A stretch of 29,712 nucleotides of DNA from a bacterium (GTDB lineage: Bacteria; CLD3; SB21): the NCBI GenBank assembly GCA_013360215.1, contig JABWCP010000034.1:1-29712 (forward strand). Direction: 5' to 3'. Positions 18,258-26,725 of this stretch are shown here, one piece after another. Numbering within the stretch: the first letter of the stretch is position 1; each line of letters begins with the position of its first letter. Both the position numbers and the translations under genes were made by a program. The notes under the pieces are model-generated. The model was given only the letters and a program-made list of their open reading frames with translations, was not told where the DNA came from and did no database searches.

Positions 18258-19517
18258 ATGAGTTCAAAAAAAACAGATGTCGCCATCATCGGCGGAGGTG
18301 TGATCGGATTATGTACAGCGTATTACCTCAATAAAGCCGGCATCTCGGTTACGATCATCGAAAAAAAACAGCCCGGCTTTGGTTCGTCTTTCGGCAACGC
18401 CGGTCTCATCAGTCCTAGTCATTTCGTTCCTCTGGCGGCGCCGGGTATGGTTGCCAAAGGTCTCAAATGGATGTTTGATGCAGAAAGTCCATTCTATATT
18501 CATCCGCGCCCGGACATTGATCTTATCACATGGCTGTGGAAGTTTATGCGCGCGAGTACCGATAAGCGCATGCGCCCGGCTATGCCGGTATTACGCGATA
18601 TGACATTAGCCAGTCAGCAGCTTTTTCATACCATTGCCAATGAAGAGCGTTTTGATTTTGCTCTGGAACAAAAAGGCCTCATTCTTTTGCATGATACCGC
18701 CGAAGGTGAAAAAGCGCATCATCACGAAGTAGCTTTAGCCAATGAAGTCGGCGTTACGGCACGTATGATCTCGCGGGAGGAGATTCACCAAATGCAACCC
18801 GGCGTAAAAGTGCGCGCCACGGGCGGCGTATTTTTTCCCCAAGACGGGCATCTCATCCCCGATCAGTTTAACGCCAAGCTCACGTCGTTATTGCAAACAC
18901 GCGGTGTGCAGTTTATGAACGAAACCGATGTATTTGGCTTTGTCCCCAACGGCAAAGCGGCGGGACATCTGCGCACCAGCGAGGGTGACATCCATGCGAA
19001 TCAGTATGTCGTGGCGGCCGGCGCATGGACGTCCGATCTGCTCTACGAAATCGGTATTGCACTCCCGGTGCAAGCCGGTAAAGGCTATAGCGTGACCGTT
19101 AAGCGCGACAAGAATAATCTTACGATTCCGATCATTTGTACCGAAGCGCGTGTAGCCATTACCCCAATGGGCGATACGATTCGTTACGCCGGTACGCTGG
19201 AGTTGAGTGGTAACGATCTGACCATCAATCCGCGTCGCGTGAAAGCGATACTCCGGGCCGCAGACCGCTATCTTGAAAATTTTGATGCACAATCGTCGGA
19301 TATACAAACAGCCTGGGCCGGCCTTCGCCCGTGTTCACCGGACGGATTGCCTTTCATCGGCCGATTTAAGCGCACTCCCAACGTAATCGCCGCGACCGGC
19401 CATGCGATGCTCGGTATTACTCTAGGACCGATTACCGGGAAACTGGTCTCTGAAATTGTTACCAATGCACCCCAAACCATTGTATCACCGTTATTGGATG
19501 CAGACCGCTATGCCTGA
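18258..19517 (+). CDS. FAD-dependent oxidoreductase (DadA/DAO-like), probable D-hydroxyproline dehydrogenase
   Basis: 419 aa. N-terminal Rossmann dinucleotide motif VAIIGGGVIGLCTAYYL…IIEK. DAO-family C-terminal motif (GHAMLGITLGP). Confidence 0.75.
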   Translation: MSSKKTDVAIIGGGVIGLCTAYYLNKAGISVTIIEKKQPGFGSSFGNAGLISPSHFVPLAAPGMVAKGLKWMFDAESPFYIHPRPDIDLITWLWKFMRASTDKRMRPAMPVLRDMTLASQQLFHTIANEERFDFALEQKGLILLHDTAEGEKAHHHEVALANEVGVTARMISREEIHQMQPGVKVRATGGVFFPQDGHLIPDQFNAKLTSLLQTRGVQFMNETDVFGFVPNGKAAGHLRTSEGDIHANQYVVAAGAWTSDLLYEIGIALPVQAGKGYSVTVKRDKNNLTIPIICTEARVAITPMGDTIRYAGTLELSGNDLTINPRRVKAILRAADRYLENFDAQSSDIQTAWAGLRPCSPDGLPFIGRFKRTPNVIAATGHAMLGITLGPITGKLVSEIVTNAPQTIVSPLLDADRYA

Positions 19518-20577
19518 AAAAAAATCGGTATTTGAAAAACGCCTGCGCGCTATGCAGCGTTGGGAAGCGCCCGCATCGTGGCGGCGTATCGAAACGATCG
19601 AAGCGCATACCGGCGGTGAACCGCTCCGCATCATCATATCAGGATTACCGCCGATCAAAGGCCAAACCATTCTTCAGAAACGGGCGTACCTCAAGACGCA
19701 TCTTGATCATCTCCGTACGGCGCTGATGTGGGAACCGCGCGGCCATGCCGATATGTACGGTTGTATCATCACTCCGCCGGTGGAAAAAAATTCCGATTTC
19801 GGTGTGATTTTTTTGCATAACGAAGGTTATTCCACCATGTGCGGCCACGGCATCATCGCTGTTACCAAAGCGGCCGTAGAAACCGGACTTATTCATGCAC
19901 GCGGTACGAAAGTCACACTGCGCATTGATTCGCCCGCAGGACTGATCACTTCCATAGCCCAAATCCGGCGCGGCAAAGTGCAATCCGTTCGTTTTCTCAA
20001 TGTTCCATCGTTTGTACAAACTTTGGATGCCGTCGTCGACATACCGGGATTGGGACGCATACGTTATGATCTTGCGTACGGCGGTGCATTTTACGCTTTT
20101 GTGCACGCCGAAGATGCCGGTGTAACGATGGATGCGGCAGGATATCGCGGCCTTATCGAACGCGGCATGATGATCAAACGCGCTGTTATGCGGAGCGTAG
20201 CCATGCAACACCCATTCGAATCGGAGCTCAATTTTTTATACGGTACGATTTTCACCGGCCCGGGACATACGACCGGCGCAGATTCCCGCAATGTCTGTAT
20301 TTTTGCCGACGGCGAAGTGGATCGAAGCCCGACAGGAACGGGAGTCAGCGCGCGAATGGCTATTCACCATGCGCGCGGTGCGCTTCGCACCGGTGAACCG
20401 ATGGCCATCGAAAGCATTACAGGCAGTCGCTTTGTGTGCCGCGTTCATGCGACGACGACGTATGGTAACTACCCGGCGGTGATCCCCGCTATCGAAGGCA
20501 CGGCGCATCTCTGCGGAAAAAGCTCCTGGATTATAGATCCTGCCGATTCGCTGCAGGACGGTTTTTTCTTCCGTTAA
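19510..20577 (+). CDS. Proline racemase-family enzyme with Cys/Thr pair: trans-3-hydroxy-L-proline dehydratase
   Basis: ATG at 19510 overlaps the upstream stop (cuAUGccUGA). An alternative ATG at 19498 (in-frame, 4 codons upstream) is possible. The ORF-track start at 19456 is probably too long. First catalytic Cys retained (GYSTMCGHG). Second catalytic residue is Thr (DRSPTGTGVSARMA, ACA at 20332-34), the known discriminator of T3LHyp dehydratases versus epimerases. Confidence 0.7.
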   Translation: MPEKKSVFEKRLRAMQRWEAPASWRRIETIEAHTGGEPLRIIISGLPPIKGQTILQKRAYLKTHLDHLRTALMWEPRGHADMYGCIITPPVEKNSDFGVIFLHNEGYSTMCGHGIIAVTKAAVETGLIHARGTKVTLRIDSPAGLITSIAQIRRGKVQSVRFLNVPSFVQTLDAVVDIPGLGRIRYDLAYGGAFYAFVHAEDAGVTMDAAGYRGLIERGMMIKRAVMRSVAMQHPFESELNFLYGTIFTGPGHTTGADSRNVCIFADGEVDRSPTGTGVSARMAIHHARGALRTGEPMAIESITGSRFVCRVHATTTYGNYPAVIPAIEGTAHLCGKSSWIIDPADSLQDGFFFR

Positions 20578-20582
20578 AATCC

Positions 20583-21551
20583 ATGCGATTTATTCCAAGC
20601 GACACACTGCGTGAGTTGATCACTATGCCTGAAGCGATAACGGCAATGCAATCGGCATTTTCTGCATTATCCGATGGGTCGGCTGTTGTGCCGCTTCGAA
20701 CGACCCTTGACTTTCCCGGTTCCGACGCCCGTGCGCTGATCATGCCGGCTTATCATTCATCATCTCGGTACTTCACGACCAAAATAGTGACGGTATGTCC
20801 GACCAATGCCGCGCGCCATCTTCCGCTCATCCACGGTACACTGATCGTTACGGACGGATCCACAGGAAAAACACTGGCACTGATGGATGCAGAGTGGATT
20901 ACGGCTTTGCGGACTGGTGCGGCTTCCGGACTGGCCACGGAATGGATGGCTCTTCCCGATGCGCATACATTAGGAGTTTTCGGGACAGGTGCGCAGGCCT
21001 ACGAACAGGTGCGTGGCGTCATGAGTGTACGGAAATTAACACGGATTATTATATTTGGCCGCGATCCCCAAAAAACAACTACGTTTTGTAAAACTGTTTC
21101 AAATCAATTTGCAATTCCTTGTTTTCCCGCTCAAGCGCCGCAAGAGGTTTCCCAATGTGATATCCTCTGCTGCGCAACCAATGCGCATAACCCGGTTTTT
21201 GAAGATAAGTATCTCACGCACGGTACGCACATCAATGGTATCGGCGCATTCAAACCCGCAATGCGTGAAATACCATCAGCGACTATAGCACGCGCTCGCA
21301 TTATCGTAGATCAACGCGCATCCGCATGGCGTGAAGCCGGCGACTTGATCCTCGCTCAAAAAGATGGAGTAGTCGCTGAAGATTGCATTGCCGGCGAAAT
21401 CGGCGAAGTCGTCACGCATAAAACTTCCGGACGTATATCCCGAGAACAAATCACCATCTTCAAGTCCGTAGGTAATGCGATTCAGGATAATGTAATTGCA
21501 TCCATGGCTTATGAACGTGCCCTCAAAGCGGGAATAGGAACGGAGATTTGA
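20583..21551 (+). CDS. Ornithine cyclodeaminase/mu-crystallin-family protein, probable delta1-pyrroline-2-carboxylate reductase
   Basis: 322 aa. OCD/mu-crystallin fold with NAD(P) Rossmann motif GVFGTGAQA. Located 5 bp downstream of the Cys/Thr dehydratase gene. Confidence 0.65.
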   Translation: MRFIPSDTLRELITMPEAITAMQSAFSALSDGSAVVPLRTTLDFPGSDARALIMPAYHSSSRYFTTKIVTVCPTNAARHLPLIHGTLIVTDGSTGKTLALMDAEWITALRTGAASGLATEWMALPDAHTLGVFGTGAQAYEQVRGVMSVRKLTRIIIFGRDPQKTTTFCKTVSNQFAIPCFPAQAPQEVSQCDILCCATNAHNPVFEDKYLTHGTHINGIGAFKPAMREIPSATIARARIIVDQRASAWREAGDLILAQKDGVVAEDCIAGEIGEVVTHKTSGRISREQITIFKSVGNAIQDNVIASMAYERALKAGIGTEI

Positions 21552-21754
21552 ACCTACGATTAGTATTAGAAAACAACTTGTTCATATTCGAAATATATAT
21601 TTGTTTTGACGTGCCGTAGACCATGACCTCATAATTTCCACATGTAACCAACGCTGATGCTAAAAACATGACCTGTATGACCTATACTTAATGGGTTATT
21701 CACGTACGAATAGACCAATTCGGCGAAACCTTTATTCTTATTTATATTTTCGCT

Positions 21755-22363
21755 CTAGCCTATATGAAAAGACGGGAAGTTATTAGGATTAGAACCTTTC
21801 CCACCTTCACCATAATCATGATCTATATTAAATAAGTTATATTTAATTATTCCATACATAACACTTGTTTGTGAGCTGCGCTTCGAGATAATTAATCCGG
21901 GGGAAATACCCGAGGCAAGTTTATCCGTTCGTTCAGAATAAAATAAAAAATAATTAGTATAGTTCAGCAAAAGAGACATTTGCATTTTCGAATTATCAGG
22001 AGTAACTCTATATTTTAACATTCCTCTTAAGCCAAAATCACAACTTTTTATATTCGCACCCAACACAACTTTAGAGAGTAACACCGGTGCGGCATACCCA
22101 CTCCACAAACTTGCCCCTACATTTAGGCGGTCACTTATACCATACGATAACCTAGGTTCAAGTATTGCGGGTGTAATCGCTTTTACAAAATGATCTCTTG
22201 GTTTTTTTGACCATTCTTCTGGACCACCTGAAGCGCTAGTCAGTACACTGAATTTCCCACGATTTAATGTTTCCGCATCTTGGTGTTCAATTATACTTAT
22301 ACCGCCACAACTAATTTGAGGTAAGGAAAAAATAATTATACAGCATTTAACAATTTTATTCAT
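21755..22363 (-). CDS. Secreted hypothetical protein, outer-membrane beta-barrel-like
   Basis: 202 aa. Signal peptide plus alternating hydrophobic pattern. The ATG lies 36 bp beyond the distal end of the last repeat element (22399). No matching element follows its stop. Confidence 0.45.
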   Translation of the reverse strand: MNKIVKCCIIIFSLPQISCGGISIIEHQDAETLNRGKFSVLTSASGGPEEWSKKPRDHFVKAITPAILEPRLSYGISDRLNVGASLWSGYAAPVLLSKVVLGANIKSCDFGLRGMLKYRVTPDNSKMQMSLLLNYTNYFLFYSERTDKLASGISPGLIISKRSSQTSVMYGIIKYNLFNIDHDYGEGGKGSNPNNFPSFHIG

Positions 22364-22398
22364 CGTTGCCCCATTTTAATAGAATATAACCGCATGGT

Positions 22399-22590
22399 AC
22401 ATAACGGATCGCGACAATCTGCGATGGTGCGGTATAAGGTTTCGAAAATTTCAAACCACTCGTGTCTCGCGCCACGCTGTATGTGAAGTGCGAACTCGAT
22501 TTATTATTTGACATTATTAAGATTACCCTTAAAATCCCATTTTAAATATTGTACGAGCCCTGAATGAACAGATGGACCGCGAATTATTCG
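22399..22590 (-). repeat. attC-like element copy 1 (degenerate 5' stem arm)
   Basis: acATAACggatcgcgac … cgcgccacg … gaacagatggaccgcgAATTATtcg. It is the most distal copy. Confidence 0.5.
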
Positions 22591-23403
22591 TTGGACTTAT
22601 CAGTTTTTAATAATTTTGTCCTTACGAAAATCTTGTAAGATGCTTTTCTGAAGAAAAACCCGTCACCTTTAGTGAATACACCATCGGAATAAATGGACAT
22701 TTAATGCTCCATATTCTATTTTGATAGTTTTGATTGCATATTTGGCTTCCCATATCACTGCATCACTTTTAATCGGTTGCAACATAAATAAAAAAAACTT
22801 CTTGTTTCTCTACCGCTAGAAGTGATACTTATGAAGTAGCGCCGGTATATTTATCTGTATACGTTCTAATTCCAATGTTTTCAATTGCAGTATTATCAGA
22901 TTTTGTATGGTAATAGTCAGCAGTTTCCATACTTAAAATTAGATCTGCACAAACTCGTGTACAATTTCCTCAACTGTTTGACTGATTAATAATCTATTTC
23001 CTTCTATAATCTTTAATTCAATTTGGTAGGTATTTAGCATTTCTTCTAATTTTTTTAAACGCACCATGAAATTCCCTATTTATAAACTCTATCTACATGT
23101 TTACGGGTACTTTTTTATCAGGTAGATCCCACAATTTCTTTAATTAAGATTTAAAATTACCTCGCGCACAGGAAATAACTAAAAATAGAAATGTAAAAAA
23201 AATATTTTTCAAAAGACTTTCAATTTTTAAACGTTCTGTGACGTTTGCATAACTTTTCATAGTATTAGATGCGCCATTGTTCGAGGTATCTTTATCTTTA
23301 AACTTTCTACTCTTGGTACTCGCATCTATCTGAACCGAGATATGTCATCAAATATCGCAGTCTGGGGAAACAAATATAGAGCATTTCGATTTCATTGCCG
23401 TTA

Positions 23404-24030
23404 TCATGGGGTTATGATCGGCGTATCCGCACTGAATAAAAGTCCAATAGAAATTGACCCTGACCATAAATTTTTTAATTGATTTGCCGAAACTGAGAAA
23501 ACAAGAGAAGCCTTGGAAGTCAGTTGTTTAGCGCTTGAAATACCCAAAAAAACACCAGTTTGTGGTTTAGCGCTACGTTCTCCACTCAAAATCATCACAA
23601 CCCCATATCCAAGTTCCGGCGCCAAACGAAAATCATTTCCTTCAGTAATATCTACGGACATACCACCGCTAAAGTTAATTGATTGAGGCATAGCAAATTT
23701 TGCACGTTTCCATTTCAAAAAAGCAAAGTCAACAAAAGGATGTAGGCGCCCTGAGGCAGAATACATTTCAATTTCTGGGGAAAAATAACTAACTTCTTTT
23801 TCATCAGATTTCAATGTTCCACCGACAATGCTGAATTCGATACCTTCTTTGAAGCTAATCGATAAATATCCTGCTTTTGACGAGGAATTTTTACTTCCAT
23901 ACGCATGAACACCGCCCATACTCATGACAGAACCATCACAATGCGAAACTAGCCGCCTTTGAGCGCTAGAAGGGGTGATTAAGAACTGAAGCAGAGCCGT
24001 TAAAAACAATAGTTTTTTCATATTCAACAT
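23404..24030 (-). CDS. Cassette ORF: secreted outer-membrane beta-barrel-like protein (208 aa)
   Basis: Signal peptide MKKLLFLTALLQFLITPSSAQ followed by amphipathic beta-strand pattern. Confidence 0.5.
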   Translation of the reverse strand: MLNMKKLLFLTALLQFLITPSSAQRRLVSHCDGSVMSMGGVHAYGSKNSSSKAGYLSISFKEGIEFSIVGGTLKSDEKEVSYFSPEIEMYSASGRLHPFVDFAFLKWKRAKFAMPQSINFSGGMSVDITEGNDFRLAPELGYGVVMILSGERSAKPQTGVFLGISSAKQLTSKASLVFSVSANQLKNLWSGSISIGLLFSADTPIITP

Positions 24031-24107
24031 TCCAAAGGTTACTAAAATGAGGCATCACTCAAAACATCATGCTACAAATGTTGTACCAGTAAACAAGTAA
24101 ATCCAAT

Positions 24108-24240
24108 CGTCTAATTCTACTTGCTCAACGCGCCACAATGTATTCGAACTGTAAACTCAAATTATTATTTAAAAAACAATCACTTGAAAAATCTTATTTT
24201 CTGTGTTCCGCAATCAGTGAGCAAACATCTGTGGTTATGC
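24108..24240 (-). repeat. attC-like element copy 2 (truncated and degenerate)
   Basis: cGTCTAAttc…cgcgccacaatgtattcgaact…ttattatttaaaaa…cagtgagcaaacatctgtgGTTATGC. It aligns to the 3' two-thirds of copy 10. Confidence 0.4.
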
Positions 24241-24432
24241 TATTCAATGCTGCTTTGATTTAGTATCCAAACAATAATCCACATTCAACTGCCTCAACAA
24301 ATCTGTTTTTATGATTCCTTAATGATATCAATATTTTATGTTTTTTTATCATTAACATTGACTTTTTCTATCTTTCCATAATTCCAAGCCCAAAAGTACT
24401 CCCAATATTGGCATTTGATTACCATTAAACGT

Positions 24433-24553
24433 ATATAACTGTAGCGGCATGCTGCAAGTAACTATTATTTGTTAAAACTTTAACCATTCCTTGTAAAAAC
24501 CTTACTTTCAATACTTCACGAGGAGCATGCGAACAGATGGGTGCGGGTTAGAG
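24433..24553 (-). repeat. attC-like element copy 3 (short variant lacking the central hairpin)
   Basis: ATATAAC-tgtagcggcatgctgcaagtaactattatttgttaaaac…tactttcaatacttcacgaggagcatgcgaacagatgggtgcgGGTTAGAG. Confidence 0.5.
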
Positions 24554-24679
24554 ACATTACAGATTTATTTATTCATCTCATTTTTTTGCAGCTGTTGCAA
24601 TATTCAATCCTGGGGCTAAATTAGCACCTATCACAGCTCGTTGCGGCCAATGATTTGGATCTGAACCAATTCATTGTTT

Positions 24680-24925
24680 TCATAGATTATAAAAAACGCC
24701 ACGGCTTTCTATACGACTCAATATAATTTGTAATGATAGAATATGAGTTTTGTGCGAACCGGTCTCTTCCAATGGCTTTTCAAGTTGATATAAACACGCC
24801 TCAACTTCTTTGTCAAAATCTGGAATTTTAGCTACTGTCGATACAACCCATATAATATTGTCATGCGAAACCATTCGCGAGCGACCAGGCACACTTGCGT
24901 TCCATCTTTTAATTTTATTTTCCAT
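24680..24925 (-). CDS. Cassette ORF: hypothetical protein (81 aa)
   Basis: Only ORF in the 24554..24993 cassette. Start is 70 bp from the upstream element end. Confidence 0.4.
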   Translation of the reverse strand: MENKIKRWNASVPGRSRMVSHDNIIWVVSTVAKIPDFDKEVEACLYQLEKPLEETGSHKTHILSLQIILSRIESRGVFYNL

Positions 24926-24993
24926 TCAATCCTGTCGACAGCAATATATTACTCTATCAATTTAATCAGCTTTTGTTAATTAGTATTGAAGCT

Positions 24994-25182
24994 AAAAGTC
25001 TTCGGTATCCACGGTTCTGTAGCGGAGGTATTTAAAAACTTCAAATCTCTCGCGCCTCACGCCACAGTATCGGCACAATGCGGGTTACAATTATTTGCTA
25101 AAATTCTAATCAGTATCTATAAAAATCTTATTATCCATATTCTACGAGCATCGTGCGAACGGATCACTAGAAGATTAGACGC
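24994..25182 (-). repeat. attC-like element copy 4 (degenerate ends)
   Basis: …cggtatccacggttctgtagcggaggta…ctctcgcgcctcacgccacagtatcggcacaatgcgggttacaattatttg…ctacgagcatcgtgcgaacggatcac…GATTAGAC. Abuts the stop of ORF 25191..25757. Confidence 0.5.
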
Positions 25183-25190
25183 ACATCAAT

Positions 25191-25757
25191 TTATTTCAAT
25201 TTCAATCTCAAACCAATTCCTAGTGCAACATGGTTATATTTTATGTTCATCTTCTCATCCTCAAACTTCCATCGCGCTTTATGCCGTTGATAACCAATAT
25301 CAAAATTTAAAAAAAAGAAGTTTAAACCCGTAGAAATCCCAAAATATGAACCATCTTTGATCGTTCCTCCCCCTTCATAAGAAACATTATTAGATATTAA
25401 TGAAACCCCATATTGAAAGCCAAAATACACGTGGTTCATGTGGTCCGATAACTTAATTTGCAGGGCACCATAAAATGGTCTTACGCTAAATTTTCCTCCC
25501 CATCTTTTAGTCGCCATTGTGGTACTTTTGCTCATACCGCCACCTATAATAAAATATTTGTTTACCGGAAAGAGCATTTCACCTGAAAATTGTATTGAAT
25601 GTACTTTCTCAGTTAATGGCTCTTTTAAATCCCAAAAGTTTGTTGACTCTGATATATGTTTTCCATCAATATCTTTTGAGATTCTTAAAAAGATTTCTTG
25701 AGCATTGATTGAAGATGCTAAAGATGCGATTAAAAGTGTCGAGATTACTCTATTCAT
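25191..25757 (-). CDS. Cassette ORF: secreted outer-membrane beta-barrel-like protein (188 aa)
   Basis: Signal peptide MNRVISTLLIASLASSINAQE. Alternating hydrophobic residues. C-terminal …ALGIGLRLKLK. Confidence 0.5.
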   Translation of the reverse strand: MNRVISTLLIASLASSINAQEIFLRISKDIDGKHISESTNFWDLKEPLTEKVHSIQFSGEMLFPVNKYFIIGGGMSKSTTMATKRWGGKFSVRPFYGALQIKLSDHMNHVYFGFQYGVSLISNNVSYEGGGTIKDGSYFGISTGLNFFFLNFDIGYQRHKARWKFEDEKMNIKYNHVALGIGLRLKLK

Positions 25758-25793
25758 TCTTAGTTTTAAATATAAACATGCAAATTGATGTGC

Positions 25794-25960
25794 GTCTAAC
25801 GTTGCCTGTATCTGCGGTGCTGCGGCGTGGGGTATCTGAAAATTTTCGACTATTAGCCCCTCGCACCGCGATATGTGCCGAGACGCGTGCCCAGCTATCG
25901 TATCCGGGAGAATCTAATATTACACGTATCGAGATCGCTGCCGCTATCATGGAGTTAGGC
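25794..25960 (-). repeat. attC-like element copy 5 (textbook ends: GCCTAAC proximal and GTTAGAC distal on the cassette strand)
   Basis: + strand: GTCTAACgttgcctgtatctgcggtgctgcggcgtgggg…cccctcgcaccgcg…GTTAGGC. GTTAGGC at 25954-60 lies 5 bp from the stop (25947-49) of ORF 25947..26417. The interior is divergent from the other copies while the stem is retained with indels. Confidence 0.6.
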
Positions 25961-26417
25961 GTCTGCACAGCGCTTTTATTTTAAAAATATCACATAAATT
26001 AAACTTTGATTCATCAAAATCATTGTACTTATACTCTGCAAAAACAGCAATTTTTTGTTTGCCAACTAAAATACTATCAATATATAATGTATTATTTGTA
26101 ATACTAAACTCTACTCCTGAATCAAATGTATTTTCTTCGCTATTCCAACTCCTTAATAAACCATTTTCAACTTTATACGAGGTCTCCCCTTCATAATCAA
26201 TACAATCACCCTCATCATCATAACTCCATTCTTTTTGAGTATCGGCTGTAAACTGCATGTAAAATTCGCCCTCGTAAAGAGACTTGTTTTGCTTGTATAA
26301 CTTCCATTTTGTATTTGGAATAGATGCAATGTTGTTTTCTTTATCATCACTACAGGCTTGCAAAGCACTAAAAATTATAACGATTGTTGCGAGGCTTTTG
26401 ATAAGGAACGACTTCAT
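25947..26417 (-). CDS. Cassette ORF: lipoprotein (156 aa)
   Basis: Signal peptide with lipobox (FSALQACSD). Confidence 0.5.
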   Translation of the reverse strand: MKSFLIKSLATIVIIFSALQACSDDKENNIASIPNTKWKLYKQNKSLYEGEFYMQFTADTQKEWSYDDEGDCIDYEGETSYKVENGLLRSWNSEENTFDSGVEFSITNNTLYIDSILVGKQKIAVFAEYKYNDFDESKFNLCDIFKIKALCRRLTP

Positions 26418-26517
26418 ACAATCTCCTAATTTAAAACTATTTATATAGTGGAATTTCGATCATAAATACATTTGAGTATGTGTTTAGTAAATGGATTGGC
26501 GGTCAATGCTGCATGAC

Positions 26518-26708
26518 GCCTAACGGTCTCCGGTATCTGCGGTGCTGTGGCGCGAGGTATATGAAAAACTCAAACCTCTCGTACCTCGCTCCACAGTATC
26601 GGCACGATGCGAGTTACAATTATCGTTAGAAATCTAATCATTACCTACAAAAACCCTGTTTTCAATAATCTAAGAGCAGCAAGCGAACGGATGGGCCGCG
26701 TGTTATTC
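26518..26708 (-). repeat. attC-like element copy 6
   Basis: GCCTAACggtctccggtatctgcggtgctgtggcgcgaggta…cctcgctccacagtatcggcacgatgcgag…ctaagagcagcaagcgaacggatgggccgcgtGTTATTC. It is 18 bp from the stop of ORF 26726..27253. Confidence 0.6.
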
Positions 26709-26725
26709 GAAGACCCGCGTTCACT

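Noticed and set aside
22939-23067. 42-aa - strand ORF (MVRLKKLEEMLNTYQIELKIIEGNRLLISQTVEEIVHEFVQI) as a toxin-antitoxin component
   Set aside because: Too short and without a recognisable family signature. The adjacent 33-aa ORF is out of frame. Mentioned only as a possible remnant.
24986-25333. Six-frame ORFs 24986..25333(+), 25709..25984(+), 25750..25968(-), 27328..27549(+), 27578..27793(-), 29022..29219(+)
   Set aside because: They lie largely inside the repeat elements, on the strand opposite or overlapping the cassette ORFs, and share peptide segments only because the repeat itself is repeated. They are artefacts of translating the repeat.
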